In this document: positions 35,293 through 48,240 of the stretch, one piece after another
Position numbering within the stretch: the stretch's first letter is position 1
How the letters are laid out: every line of letters starts with the position of its first letter
The notes under the pieces: model-generated
Told to the model about the DNA's origin: nothing
The model's database searches: none
The model's input: the letters and a program-made list of their open reading frames with translations, nothing else
Program-made: the position numbers and the translations under genes
Assembly: GCA_024137785.1 (NCBI GenBank)
Contig: JAHRHZ010000085.1
Coordinates: 3,513,770 to 3,577,769 of the forward strand
DNA: 64,000 nt
DNA from: Ginglymostoma cirratum
Lineage: Eukaryota
Direction: 5' to 3'

Positions 35293-37129
35293 TAGACAAA
35301 AATTGAGATGAGTTTAATTGAGATGTCCAGTGCAAATACATAATAGTGAATAACATTTTGTTTATTCGCTGCTTTGGGGAATCTCTGACTGTTAATCTCA
35401 AGAGACAGTGTTTCTTTCTTGAAGCTTTAAAACAATGAATGTCTTGTCTTCAGTTTCACTGCTTTATCCTGGTGCCGGCCTTCTCAGTTCTGTGGGAGCT
35501 GTAGCCACTCAGGCAAGTAGAGGGATTTCAGGAAACTCCTGAATTCTACTGTTTAGAGAGAAGTAATGCACTTCCAAGCAACGGTATGGATCAACACAAA
35601 GCGATCCCCTGCCCTGTTTCTGAAACCACCCTGTATTCCCTCCTCAACTGCTCACTCGGTTTATCTGCGCCATGTTGTCGACAGCGGATTAAGAAGGCAG
35701 CCCGAGACGGCTTTCTCAGGGGCATTTAAGTGTTTCCAATAAATACTGGCCTTGCCTACAAAGTCCACGTTCCATGAAAGCCGAACAGTAAATGTTGTCT
35801 TGTCAGTTTCATTTTAAAAGGCAACCAGATAATAATGTCTGGAAAGAACATAAAGAACATGGCAGAATTTTTTCTTTTAAAAAATCAGGTGAGATTAATG
35901 CGTTGGTTTGCTTATAACATTGTTAAATGAAACTTCGTTCAGAGTAGATTACGCATGAGAGTAGAAACTGTGAAGTCAATTGACTGGAATGAGCTCGTGC
36001 TGTAATTTTGGGACAGGGCATCAAACAAAGGGCTCCGGATTTTGGTGATCTGAAAAAAAAACAGACATTGCGGGAGAAACTCAGTGGCGAGAAAACAGAG
36101 TTAATGTTTCGAATCCAGTGACCCTTCTTTCTGTGTTTGTTTGGGACTGGCCGGAACTGACTCATTCACATTGTTAGATAAGTGTTCGTATGCAGCTGTA
36201 CAGAAAGACCTATGGTCAAACATGTGTGTGGTTCTGAAGCCGAGATCTTCAACAATTGATTTGCTTTTGTCAATTCTCAAATTCGAAAAATGCCTAGTTT
36301 TGAGTGGTATGTTTTGTGTGTCGAGCAAAGCGCTCCAGCTCTTGTCCTGTTTATCGTTAGGAAACATGAACACCCAAAGCTAAAACTGATCAAACCCGAG
36401 AGTGTGAATTAAAAGTGTTTGGAACTTTTTAATAGAAGTATGAAACCTGCAGTAAAGGGATTTTTTAAAATTATTATTTCGTGACCTGAGGTGAACTCGA
36501 GAATGTTTCCACTTCCTTTTCTGCTCGGCTGAGTGGGACGTCTCGCAAAATAAACCGACATGTCGCTGGCTCATTGGCTGCTGTCTGAGTCAGTAGAACG
36601 AACATGTTCATTCAGTGCTTCTGCTAATGCGCTGTGCATAAATAGAAAAAAAAAGCCTTTGTGTTTTGAAGTGACTTCAGTTTATTTCTGAATAAAATAT
36701 GTTTGTATATTTTCACTAAATTAACAGAGACCCTTTCAATAGCCATTTAAATGCGGCAGCTATGTTCGAAGCATCATCAGACATTTCTCATATGCGGCTC
36801 TTACATTGGAAACTAACGGTTGATCCAGTACAAGACTTATTGAATAAGTCGACCTCAACATTCCAACGGAAAATAGCATATTATGAACCCATGCGAAATT
36901 TGTCTATTCTTTCACGGATAAACCAAAGCTGAATGTTAACTTTCATTTTCGATGAGACATCAATTTTGTATCCCTCCAGGGCGGAAAGCGCCCATTCGTT
37001 CTATTGAGTCCGTACTGACAGTCTGAAAAAGATCCTACCCAAAGGATCAAGGTAAATATTAATCAATTTACATCAATTATTTAATAAACCCTAGTGTCGT
37101 CCAAACTCTGTATAAATTGCTCCTGCCTT

Positions 37130-37445
37130 TGAATCATGTCATCCTTACAGTGCGGCGAGAAGCCTTTTAGCGCATCGCCCACCCTCCGAAGAGTATCCCA
37201 CCGAATCCCTGCAACCTCGCATTTACTCAGGCTCACCCACCTATCTTTTTCACAACAGGTAATTTTGCATTACCAATCCACCTGACCTGCACATCTTAAG
37301 ACTGTGGGAGAAAGCTGGACCACCCACAGGAAACCCGGGCACACACGAGGGAGATGTGAAAACACCATGCAGATGTCGCCTGAGGCAGGAATCGAACACA
37401 GGTCCCTGGTGCCCTGAGTCAACACTGTGCCGCCATGCTGCCCAA
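37130..37445 (-). mobile_element. tRNA-derived V-SINE (HE1-like)
   Basis: Reverse complement of the SINE head and V-domain (acctgcacatctt..gactgtgggag). Paralogue at 39215-39530. Confidence 0.8.
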
Positions 37446-38074
37446 TCGGTAATATGTGATGGGATCGCTAAATAAATTCAATGAATTATTCAATGGGATT
37501 GGCAATGAAGTAATCCAATGTGCAACTGGGATCTTAAATCAAAACAAATAAACCAAAAAACAACAATCCGGTATTTAGTCTGCGGTCTTCCCTGGGACTA
37601 TTCTGTACACAAGCACATTCTGTTATTTACATATCAGCACACTTAGGATGGGAGGCTCCAGTGAAATTTTGACTCAGCATGTTGTCAATTTCGAAAAGAT
37701 GTCCTGCAGAAATTCACTAAAGATCCTCAGACAGTTCCTTCCAAATCCAGGACCTCGTTTATCTGAAAGGACCAGGCCAGCAAATATATGAGAACACCAT
37801 CAACTTCAGGTTCCCTGACAAGCCACTCACCATCCTGACATGGAAATATATTGCCATTCCTTCACTACCACTGGGTGAAAATCCTGGAATTACCTCCTCT
37901 ATGGCATTATGGGTCAACCCATAGCAGGTGATCTGCATCAGGGGAAGAAGGCTACCTTCTCAAAGGCAACTAGAGATGGGAAAGAAATGCTTGGCCAGTC
38001 AGCTGAACTCAGTCAAATGTGGCCTTGATGTCATGTGCAGTCACTCTTCCCTTACCTTTAGTTAATTTTTTTCC

Positions 38075-38560
38075 ATTGAGTCATGGTGTATGGAAACAGA
38101 ACCTTGGGTCCAAAACGTCCATGCTGACCAAGTTTCCCAAACTCAACTAATCCCATTTCTCTGCATTTGGCCCATGCCCCTCAAAATCTTTCCTGTTCAT
38201 TTATCTGTCCAAATGTCTGTTAAATGTTGTAACTGTACCTGCATCCATCACTTCCTCTGGCAGTTCATTCCGTGCATGAGCTACACTCTGTGTGAAAATA
38301 TGTGGCCCTCGTATCCCTTTTAAATCATTCTCATCTCACGTTAAAAATATGGTCCCAAGTTTTGAACTCCCCTGCCTTCGGGAAATGACCTTTGCTATTC
38401 ACGTTATGTATAACCCTCATGATTTTATAAACTTCTATAAGGTCACACCTCAGACTCCGATGCTGCAGTGAAAGAAGTGCCAGCTTAAATGCTCCAGTCC
38501 TGGTAATGACCTTTTAAGTCTTTCCTGCACCCCGTCTAATTCATACCATCTTTCCAGAAC
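38075..38560 (-). mobile_element. CR1/HER1 LINE 3' fragment
   Basis: Similar to 3445-3850 and 50740-51290. Confidence 0.8.
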
Positions 38561-39214
38561 TGTCAACAGTCATCCCATTTGGAGGATTAATGCACTGCAC
38601 TATAGGGATTCTATGATTCAAAGGCATTTGTCATTTAATTAGGGTTTGCAAAATACCAGGACTTTTGGCTTGATTGCGGTTGATGCGTAACTTCATTCAA
38701 ATGCATAAAGGTAGTTAAGCAGTGACGATTATTTAAGGAATGAATGCAGGTTGTACAACAATGAAGTAAATCTTGCATAAAAGTAATGTGTATTTTTCCT
38801 CAATATTGGATTGATGACTACATTGTGTAAAAACGAAATGTTCTTATTTTTTGCAGAGGAGGTGCCGGTGTTGTACTGTGTTGGACAAAGTCAGAATCAC
38901 ACGACACCACATTATCGCCCAACTGGATGATTTCGAATCACAAAAATTTGGAGAGTTGCAGCTTCTTCAGGTAAAGTGCAGCGCTCCAAAAGGTTGTGAT
39001 TTTAAATAAACCTGTTGGTATATGACCTGTGTCATGTGATTTCTGACATATTTCTTGCAAGTGTTGCGGAGACAGCCCATCGAGTCTTTACCGAGCCTCG
39101 GAAGATCATCCCACCCAATGGCCATACATTCAATTAACTGTATGATTTACATCAGCTTTTGAATAAGACCTGGTATAATCCAAACTCGAAATATACGGTG
39201 ATTGCATTTGAACC

Positions 39215-39530
39215 ATAGAATCCTTACCACGCAGTGTGAGGCCTTTTAGCTCATCGAGTCTGCACTGACGCTCCGAAGAGCATCCCATCCAATCTCCAGA
39301 ACCTTACATTTACCATGGCTCACCCACCTATTCTCCACACAACAGGCAATTTAGCATGGCCAGTCCACCTAACCTGTACATCTTTTGGCTGTGGGAGGAA
39401 ACCAGAGCACCCGTCGGACACCCACACAGTCTTGGGGATAATGTGCAAACTCCTCACAGACAGTCGCCTGAGGATGTAATCGAACCTGGGTCCCCAGTGC
39501 TATGAGGCAACAGTGTGCCACAATGCCACC
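39215..39530 (-). mobile_element. tRNA-derived V-SINE (HE1-like)
   Basis: B-box complement atcgaacctgggtccc, V-domain, and catagaatc tail. Confidence 0.8.
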
Positions 39531-40226
39531 TAACTGGAACCTTGTGATGGTATTGATACATAAACTGACAGAAGTATTTGTTGAGATTGGAAGGGAAGTA
39601 ATCCAATTTAGAACTGGGATCCTAAATCTGAACAAAGGAAAGCACAGAATTGTGAAGGATGGATTGACTACTGTTGATGTGTAACTTCATTAAAAGGCAT
39701 GATGGTAGCTAAGCATTGGCAAATATTTAAGGAATGCATGCAGGGTGTGCAACATTAACACATTTAAGAGTGCAATACATATCACAGGAAAGCTGTGGCA
39801 ACAATGGTTGGCAATATAAATGTTTAGGATTGACATTACATACCTCTGGAGGAGGTGAGACTTCAACGCAGTCTTCCTGGCTCACAAGTAGAATGTTACT
39901 AGTGTACCACAAGAATCCTGGCATTCATAAAATGACCAAAATCATGAATCAAATAAGTAATAAGAGGGCACTTTATATAAAAAAAAATAACGTGAAGTTG
40001 ACATGTTGTCCAAAAGGTTAATCATCTTCTATTAATCTGATAGCACTAATTGATGACAAAAGATACATTCGATATTAATTGAAACTTAAACATCTGCAGG
40101 ATTTCATTAGAACCTGATTGACAACTGAGGGTTAAGGTATATTTTGGCAACAGACTGAGTAAAATCTTAACCCAAGTTGAAAACAACAGAATGTGCTGGT
40201 GTAAAGAGTAATCCCAATGAAGACTG

Positions 40227-41011
40227 TGTTAGCTTCGTTTTTGGAGACCCTCACGGACTTGATGCAATAACAAGACACTGACATGTTTAGAAAAACATAA
40301 ATCCTTTATTACAAAGCAAGGACAAGCTGTGGAGGGTCATTGTGCTCAACCGGCACAGAGTGTAGAGTCTTGTAAGTGATTGTCCCTGAGCAGCGGACAG
40401 TCCCCACTTCTTATACCTTATCGAGTGCACAGTACATAAAGCAATTTTAAATCTCACAGTGGCATGTTACATGAAACAATCACTACATTGGACAATGACA
40501 TGATAACACAAACAATTACTGCGTCGAAAACATAAAGAAAGCAGGATACAGTACCAATTGCTCGCAAAGTGACTGCTACCGGCAGGAGGCGTTTTCAAGT
40601 TGGCGAAGTGACAGAATGTAATTTCAAGCTTCCGAAGTGTTTGGTTTGAACAAAGGTCAGTGTCCTGGCCCCTTCAGCTGAAACAGAAGTTACATTCTTT
40701 ACAGGATTTCAGAAGTCTCACACCTTTACAAACGTTGCCACCTCATCTTATTTGAGACAGCTTCCACATACTTCTGTGCAGGAAAATAAAGATTTGCAAA
40801 GTTTATACCTAATTCTATTCAGGCAGGATGCTTAAGGCAGTGTCTTTTCTACTTATGTATAAGAAGATAAGGATTTACAAAGTTTTACACCTAATTCTAG
40901 TTGGGCAGGAAGTTTTAAGTCAGTGCCTACATACCTCTGTGTCAGCAGATGGAGAGCAGTAATTTATAGAGAATGTGGAAATCAATGGGATGTTATCCCA
41001 ATAACATCTCA
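40227..41011 (-). repeat. 3' LTR
   Basis: TGAGA...TAACA on the minus strand. TATA (tataag) at ~40410 and AATAAA at 40305-40310. Preceded by the PPT aaaaggagggaa (41012-41023). Confidence 0.95.
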
Positions 41012-41024
41012 TTCCCTCCTTTTA

Positions 41025-42426
41025 TCATTTCATGATAACCTTTATCGGGGCCGTAAAAGGAGCTGCTCTTCTGTCAAACACAAGTCTGCAGCAGGAATTC
41101 AGGCATACCATAAATATACAGCAAACAGCTGTGATAACTATTAGAATAAATAACCCATGTAGCAGGTATGAGCCCCATGAACCGCCCGTAAGCTCTCCCA
41201 ACAAGCCCTCATCAGGTCGGGGTCCCTCTCTGTACTGTTTCAACTACCCCTGTATGGCTTGATTAGCCTGGGTATTATTATAGGACTCGTCAGTAACATG
41301 GGTAATGCACTTGTCCTCTATAATAGTACATACTCCTCCTTGCTGAGCCAGTTGATAGTCCACTGCATACCGGGTTTGCTGGGCATAGAGCCGGAGTTCG
41401 GCTAATTCTTGGTTGACTGCCTCCAGTGCCTTCATTGTGCTGTTTCCCAGGGCGGTGAGTCCACATATAAGGTAATTCCGGTTTTTTGGGGGTGCACCAC
41501 CCCTGGGGAGCCTCCCAAGCTGACAGTTCTCAGGAAGCCATTTCCCAAGGAAGAGCCCAAGGCAACCGTATCCTGCCATGCAGCGCAAAACTCCCGGCTC
41601 AGGAAGCGTGTGATAATTCACCGTTGAGTCCTTGCTCGTTGGGGGTGAGGGACAGTTAGAAGCCCAATAGTCCCAACAGCAAACAGCACCGGCAAAGTTG
41701 AAGTGGCAGTCGCGAATGTCCCGTTAAGGAAGAAAACGAATCCCTTCTTAGCCCGGTAGCATGGCACAGACTCACGTATTCCTTGATCGCTATTCCCCAG
41801 GAGGACAGATCCTTATATGGATGGAAGTCTGCGGAGTGAAACGGAAACGTCCCGTAGTCCGTTTCGACATGCGTGCCATTACAATCCCCACAAGTCCACT
41901 GTATGCCTGAGGTCACAGTTATTGTCTTTGATTCCAAACAGGGGCAGTTCAACAGTCCTCCTTTAATTGTGCGAGGTCTTTTTATGCACCAGTGGGGCCA
42001 GGAAACATTGTGGGGGTGATTAGTGGCTAGATCATGCACACAAGTCCCAGCTCCATTAAAGCAAAACGGATAGCTGCTGGGATTTGTACAGTTAACCCTT
42101 TCCTTCCCACGCCTCGGTCTCATGCCCAGACAATCAGAGGGGCCATTAACGACCAATTCCACACACCTACCCTGCACACCTCTCGTCCAAGTTCCCCTCT
42201 CCCCTCGGCAAGGTTTACTGGAATACTCCACTTAATAGAGCTGGCTCGGGTTCCAGCCTGGTGTTGCCACAAATAACGCCTCGACAGACCGTGCGAGCGA
42301 GAAACACGCTGTCCGATTCCCATGCAGTTGGATGTGTGTTCTATAAAACAGTTTGTCCTGCTGGTCATTCACGGCCAGAATAATACTCAGTCCGAAGGTT
42401 AATTGCAAGCTGATGAGGGAATCCAT
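41025..42426 (-). pseudogene. env: ERV env (stops/frameshift)
   Basis: Signal-like MDSLISLQLTFGLSIILAV, Cys-rich SU, ISD-like AQQTRYAVDYQLAQQGGVC + CX6C, and TM SWGSYLLHGLFILIVITAVCCIFMVCL. Confidence 0.9.
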
Positions 42427-44775
42427 CGTTTGCCATCACTTCGGTGGACCCAGCGATTCTGTCCTTTAACTTTCAGAGCTGTTGGTGTTTGAAGAAGCTC
42501 CTGAAATGGCCCTTTCCACCTTGGTCCGAGCTTAGGGCGATCCCACTCTCGGACAAGTCCGAACTCTCCGATCTGTGGCCACAAAAAACGATCCTGGCCC
42601 TTAAGTTCTTGTCTGGTGTCTGCAGACGTGGTCAGAAGGCGCACTTCACCTAAAATGGGGAAACTTTAGAGATGATGTTAGTTTCCAGAAGTACTTTTGC
42701 TATTCTTCTCCCATCACATTCAAGTCAATTTGTCTGGGTGGGCTGATATTGGCATCCCAGGGTGTTCTGCTGGGTCGGCCATAGATTATTTCTGCTGCCG
42801 AGAGTCCAGTAGTAGATTGGGGTGTTATTCGCATGTGGTACAAAGCTAGGGGCAAAACCTTTAACCAGCTAAGGCCGGTGTCTAACGTAAACTTGGTCAA
42901 TTTTGCTTTTAGTGTCCCTTTAGCTCTTTCCACTATCCCTGCAGCCCGGGGGTGGTATGCACAGTGGAATTGCTGCTGGATGCATAACGCATCACACAGT
43001 TCCTTATTAATATTTCCGATAATGTAAGGGCCATTGTCCGAACGAATTTGTCGATGCACTCCAAACCTCGGTATTATTTCAGTTAATAATAATTTCACTA
43101 CTGTTGAGGCTTTGTTATTTGTCGTTGGAAAAGCCCCTATCCACCTCCTGAATGCTTCTACAATGACAGGACAATACTTAGAACTATTTACGCGCGGTAA
43201 TTCAATAAAACCTAGCTGAACGCATTCAAACGGTCCACCTGGCAAGGGTGTTTTTTCCTGGTGAGCATCTCACCCCCTGACTAACATTGTTTTTCTGGCA
43301 TGTTAGACATGATGCTGTACGAGACTGGGCTGCCTCTGTCAGTCTGGGGTGCCAACAGGTACGGACCATAATATCACTCATTCCCTCCTTGCCTTGGTGG
43401 GTGTCAGGATACAGATAGTCAATAAGCAATGGTAACAAAGCATTAAGTATACACAGTTGGCCGATTGGGGTAACTGAAACGCCTGACGATGCAGAATGCG
43501 AACATCCGTGCGCCTTCCAAATGTCCTTTTCAGAAGCAGGGGCGTCCCCCTGAAAGTGCTGAACAGTGACTATATCTGGAATGCCCGTCTTGTCCGAAGG
43601 AGGCGTTCGATTTATCGCCTGCTTGTTCATAGATGGCACAATAAAAGTTTGATCTGCAGCAGCCTGTTCGGCAGCCTGATCAGCCCGAGTGTTGTCTTGA
43701 GTACAGAATCATCGGAGGCATGGGCAGCGCATTTGATAATAACCAATTGTTTAGGGAGGAGGATTGCCTGGAGAAGGTCTTTAACATACAGGGAATTCTG
43801 GATGGGCATACCTGAGGATGTTAAAAACCCACGCTGCGACCATAACTGGCCAAAGTCGTGGGAGACTTTTAAGGCATACTGGGAGTCGCTGTAAATATTC
43901 GCTGACTTCCCTGAGGCTAGAATGCAAGCACGGGTAAGGGCAAAAAGTTCTGCTTTCTGAGCAGACACCGGGGGCTCAAACGCTGCGGATTCCAATGTGG
44001 AGGCAGCATTGACAATCGCGTCTCCAGAGAGGGGGGTACCCACGGGGGACATGGAGGAACTGCCAACTACAAACGGGATAAGGTCCGGAGAAGGGAGACG
44101 GACGTCAGGAAGGTCCGGTCTGGGAGAGGTTAGAAATTGATTCCTTAGTAAGCTGTCATGTGGGGGTTCTAATAATTCATCTCGGGGGGGGGGCCTCAAA
44201 AACATGTCTGGGTGAATAGTGGAGCAGAAAGAGAATGTTAAGAGGGGATTGTTAAGGAGTGCGACTTCATAGCGGCTTAAATGTGCCTGGGTAAGGTTTT
44301 GAGTCTTGGTGGGAGGTGAGAAGGGCTACAATGGCATCTGAGGTATAGACAGTAAGAGGCTGGTAGAGAGTAACATTAGAGGCCGCAGTGACTAAATAAT
44401 AAATCGCAGGAAGGACCTGGGAACAATGGGGTGAGCCCTGAGCTACGGAGTCCAGGCGGGTAGAGTAGTAGGAAACCGATCGTTTGCGATCTCCGTGAGT
44501 CTGTGTCAATACCCAAGTAGCGCACCCATCCAGAACATTAACATTTAGCTGGAATGGTCTGTCATGTAAAGGTCTTCCCAAAGCCGGGGAGGCAGCAAGG
44601 GCTGCTTTTAAGTCTGCAAAGGCTGACTGTTGTTCGTTCGAGAGGGTGAAGGTTTTTGGGGCTTTACAAGAAGCCAAAGGGGTCAGTAGTTTAGTAAGCA
44701 AAGTTACTTTAGGGAGGCACGGTCGACAATAATTTACCAAGCCTAAAAATGCCCTCATTTGTTTAGGGGTGATGT
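42399..44775 (-). pseudogene. pol: ERV pol remnant: RT thumb/connection, RNase H, integrase
   Basis: MRAFLGLVNYCR and SYYSTRLDSVAQG (RT thumb/connection). SAQKAELFALTRA and NIYSDSQYA (RNase H). TH.G..C..C, SDNGP and GIVER..GTLK (IN). PRWKGPFQ (GPY/F). Confidence 0.95.
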
Positions 44776-44779
44776 GGGC

Positions 44780-45647
44780 GCCCCCTGATTTTGTCCTGTT
44801 TCGGTCTGTTCCATATCATGTTTCCTGTTTTTTCCGTTTAGTTTTGGACCTAGTATGACAGGAGATAGGGTCTGTGCAAGCCACGGGTTTGTCAGGAGGT
44901 GCATGTGGGCTGATTACTGAAGGGTTTGGAGATTCTGTAGCAGGAGGTTTGGTTTGGTCCGCGTCAGGTGGCGGAGATAGGGTTACGGGCGATTGCTGAG
45001 ACTGATAGGCAGTGTTGAGGTGCCTGCAGACGTCGGTTGGCCAAGGACGGTTAGAGTTGTGGAGGGGGTAGTGGTCCCGATGGGGCAGAGGGGTGCCTTC
45101 CCCAGTCCTCCTCGTCTTGCTCATCTGTATCTTTATTTTGGAGCAACATCAGCATTCCATATATGCCTGGAGGTACCTCCGACTTTCTATTTTCTGTCAA
45201 TGAGGCCTGCCGCTCTAATCCCCGTTCTTTGTCTTGTCTCTCCGTTTCCAGCCTTTCTTGTTTAACCCCTTCCTGTTCATTCATCTCATGATCATCACAC
45301 TGCAGCTTTAAAACCTCCCCACGTTTAGGTTTTCCTTCACTCCCTCTTCTACGCGCATTATCCACCCAACTGGCTAGTTTTGATTTTTCAGTCAGCTCCT
45401 CAGCTCTTTTTCTCCAGGATGACATTAGCCCTTTCCATTTGGTTCCTGCATTATGTGTCCATAGTGCCTCCTGGGCTTTAATACAGAGATCTATATCCCA
45501 CGTCCCCCCAAATGGCCAATTCTCATTTCCCAATTTTTTGTTTCAGCATGCGGACAGACGGCTGTACTGTACTTCCTTTTCGGCGTCATCCCAGCATAAC
45601 AGACGTAAAGGGGTTCCGACATCTGACTTATCTGACGTTTGTCCCAT
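44780..45647 (-). pseudogene. gag: ERV gag 5' part (MA + Pro-rich region)
   Basis: ATG at 45647 gives MGQTS (myristoylation-type N-terminus). WPFGGTWD is a class I MA motif, followed by a PSAP late-domain motif. CA and NC are absent. Confidence 0.85.
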
Positions 45648-46175
45648 TTATAGCGCTTTTAGATTTTACACATTTCTATGTACTCCACCAGTGTCCTTAG
45701 TCTCAACACTCCCTTCAGGGTCCTGACCTTCGCTTGGGGGAATTCCCCTCTTAACAACCGGTATAAGGCAGGGTGGTTGAGACAGACAGACACTGTAACT
45801 ATCCTGTACCTACATCTGAACACTTATTCTACATTACCAATATTATACTAACCGCTACCCCCCCGCCGACCCAGACCTACTTAGTCAATTTTACCTGACC
45901 TGGGGACTCTTAGCCCGGCCACCGGGGGCCTCTAACCTTCCGGATTTTCCTTTACTAACCTGGGGACTTGAACCTCCAGGCGTTAGGCTTTACCAGTGTT
46001 CAAGTCCGTGAGCCGTCTCGGAGTTCTGTCAGTACAGAGCCAGGCAGGGACGAGGTGGCAGGTTAGTGAGAGAGACCAAGGTGAATCGTACCTTGTGGGC
46101 CCGTCCGCATCACTCCACCGACACTCGAACTATCACAAATTCAGTCCTCCACGTAAGACTGCTGTACTTGTTGGA

Positions 46176-46193
46176 ACCCTGCTTGCAATGCCA
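46176..46193 (-). promoter_or_regulatory. Primer-binding site, tRNA-Ser(UGA)-like
   Basis: TGGCATTGCAAGCAGGGT(TCCAA) vs TGGCGCAGCGAGCAGGGT(TCGAA). It lies 2 nt from the 5' LTR. Confidence 0.7.
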
Positions 46194-46195
46194 AA

Positions 46196-46979
46196 CGTTA
46201 GGTTCGTTTTTGGAGACTCTCATGGACATGAAGCAATATCAAGACACTGACCTGTTTAGGAAAACACAAATCCTTTATTGCAAAGCAAGTACAAGCTGTA
46301 GAGAATCATTGTACTCAACCGGCACAGAGTGCAGAGTCTCGTAAGTGATTCTCGCCGAGCAGCAGACAGTCCCCACTTCTTATACCTTATCGAGTGCACA
46401 GTACATAACGCAATTTTACATCTCACAATGGCATGTTGCATGAAACAATCATTACACAGGACAATGACATGATAACACAAACAATTACTACATCGAAAAT
46501 ATAAAGAAAGCAGGGTACAGTATCGATTGTTCGCAAAGTGACTGCTAACGGCAGGAGGCGATTTCAAGTTGGCGAAGTGACAGATTTTAATTTCAAGCTT
46601 CCGAAGTGTTTGGCTTGAACAAAGGTCAGTGCCCTGGCCCCTTTAGCAGAAACAGAAGTTACATTTTTTACAGGGTTTTAGAAGTCTCACACCTTTACAA
46701 ACGTTGCCACCTAATCTTATTTGAGACAACTTCCACATACCCCTGCGCAGGAAAATAAAATTTACAAAGTTTATACCTAATTCTATTCAGGCAGGAAGCT
46801 TAAGGCAGTGTCTTTTCTACTTATATATAGGAAGGTAAGGATTTACAAAGTTTTACACCTAATTCTAGTTGGGCAGGAAGTTTTAAGTCAGTGCCTGCAT
46901 ACCTCTGTGTAAACACATAAAAGGCATTAATTTATTGAGAATATAAAAATCAATGGGATGTTATCCCAATAACATCTCA
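46196..46979 (-). repeat. 5' LTR
   Basis: Aligns end to end with 40227-41011, with about 22 differences in the first ~180 nt by eye. Confidence 0.95.
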
Positions 46980-47788
46980 ACTGTAGCCTAACCAACTGGT
47001 TGTTTTTGTTTTTTTTTTTGTCGCTCTGGTGAGATTCGTGAAAATATTCGGGCATTCACCAGGAAATACACCAGCTCCATTTACTGCACCTGAGTGGGCA
47101 GCATTCATCTGGAGCATTTTTACCCCTCAAGGAAGCTCCTCCAGAACAACAGTAAGCACTAAATAAGGCATATATTACATCAGAGATGAATAGTAGCATC
47201 CTTCTAAATAATTGTGAGAGAGACATTCGTCATTAGACACAGCCAGCTGTACTGGTGAGATTGACATTTGTACCATTGTGTTTGACCAGAACCATGCTGT
47301 GGACAGTGTTCTTGTGTCTTACATGACTCAGTCGATAGAGAGGGTCTTAAACTAAATATTGGGGGCAAGGGAACACATGTAGAAACATGTTGTCTATCAT
47401 AGGGCAAAAGCAAGTGAAGAGAGGAAAATAAGAACGTGGGAAATGAATGTCCAAGAAAGGAACAAAGAGCAAAGAGAGACAGAGAAGGAATACATTACCA
47501 GTCAAGGCTAGGTGTTACAAATTTAACAAAAACGAAGAAACTTAAGAATATATGATTGGAAATGATTACTGTGCTTTTCGTAAAATAAGTGAGTTAAGAC
47601 TGTACATTAACAGAAATAATTATAATTTAGGGCCATTGTGGTGACATAGCTGATCAGTATTGGATACCGTACATTTTGAAATATGGAACACACACTAAGA
47701 TTCGGAAATGAGGTGATGATGAAGGGGTTACAAATCCTGACTACCAGATCATGGATGTAATTTGTGCAACAGTTATAGATGACCATGG

Positions 47789-48240
47789 GATAACAAGGTG
47801 TAGAGCTGAATGAACAGAGCAGGCCACCCAGTGTCGGAGGAGCAGGAAGGCTGACGTTTCGGGCCAAGACCCTTCTTCAGAAATGGGGGAGGGGAAGCGG
47901 GTTCTGAAATAAATAGGGAGAGATGGGGAGGTGGATAGAAGATGGGTAGAGGAGAAAAAGGTGGAGAGGAGACAGACAGGTCAAAGAGGCTGTCTCTTCT
48001 CCACCGATCTTCTCCTCGATCCATCTTATATCCGCCTCCTCCGCTCTCCCTATTTATGTCAGAACCCCTTCACCACCTCCCCCCCGCATTTCTGAAGAAG
48101 GGTCTCGGCCCGAAACGTCAGCCTTCCTGCTCCTCTGACGCTGCTTGGCCTGCTGTGTTAATTTAATTCTACACCTCGTTATCTCAGATTCTCCAGCACC
48201 TGCAGTTCCTACTATCTCTGAAACAATTTTAGCCCCACAG
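47789..48240. mobile_element. PLE palindromic insertion with hammerhead motifs
   Basis: Inverted arms meet near 47990. TSD agatgaccatgg (47777-47788, 48241-48252). CUGAAGA-A-GGGUCUCGGCCC-GAAACGUC at 48092-48119. Confidence 0.9.

Larger units (their letters stand above)
40227..46979 (-). mobile_element. Class I (epsilon/gamma-like) endogenous retrovirus with both LTRs, internally deleted
   Basis: Direct repeats of ~785 bp, TSD ACTG (40223-40226, 46980-46983), PBS, PPT, and gag-pol-env remnants on the minus strand. Confidence 0.95.
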
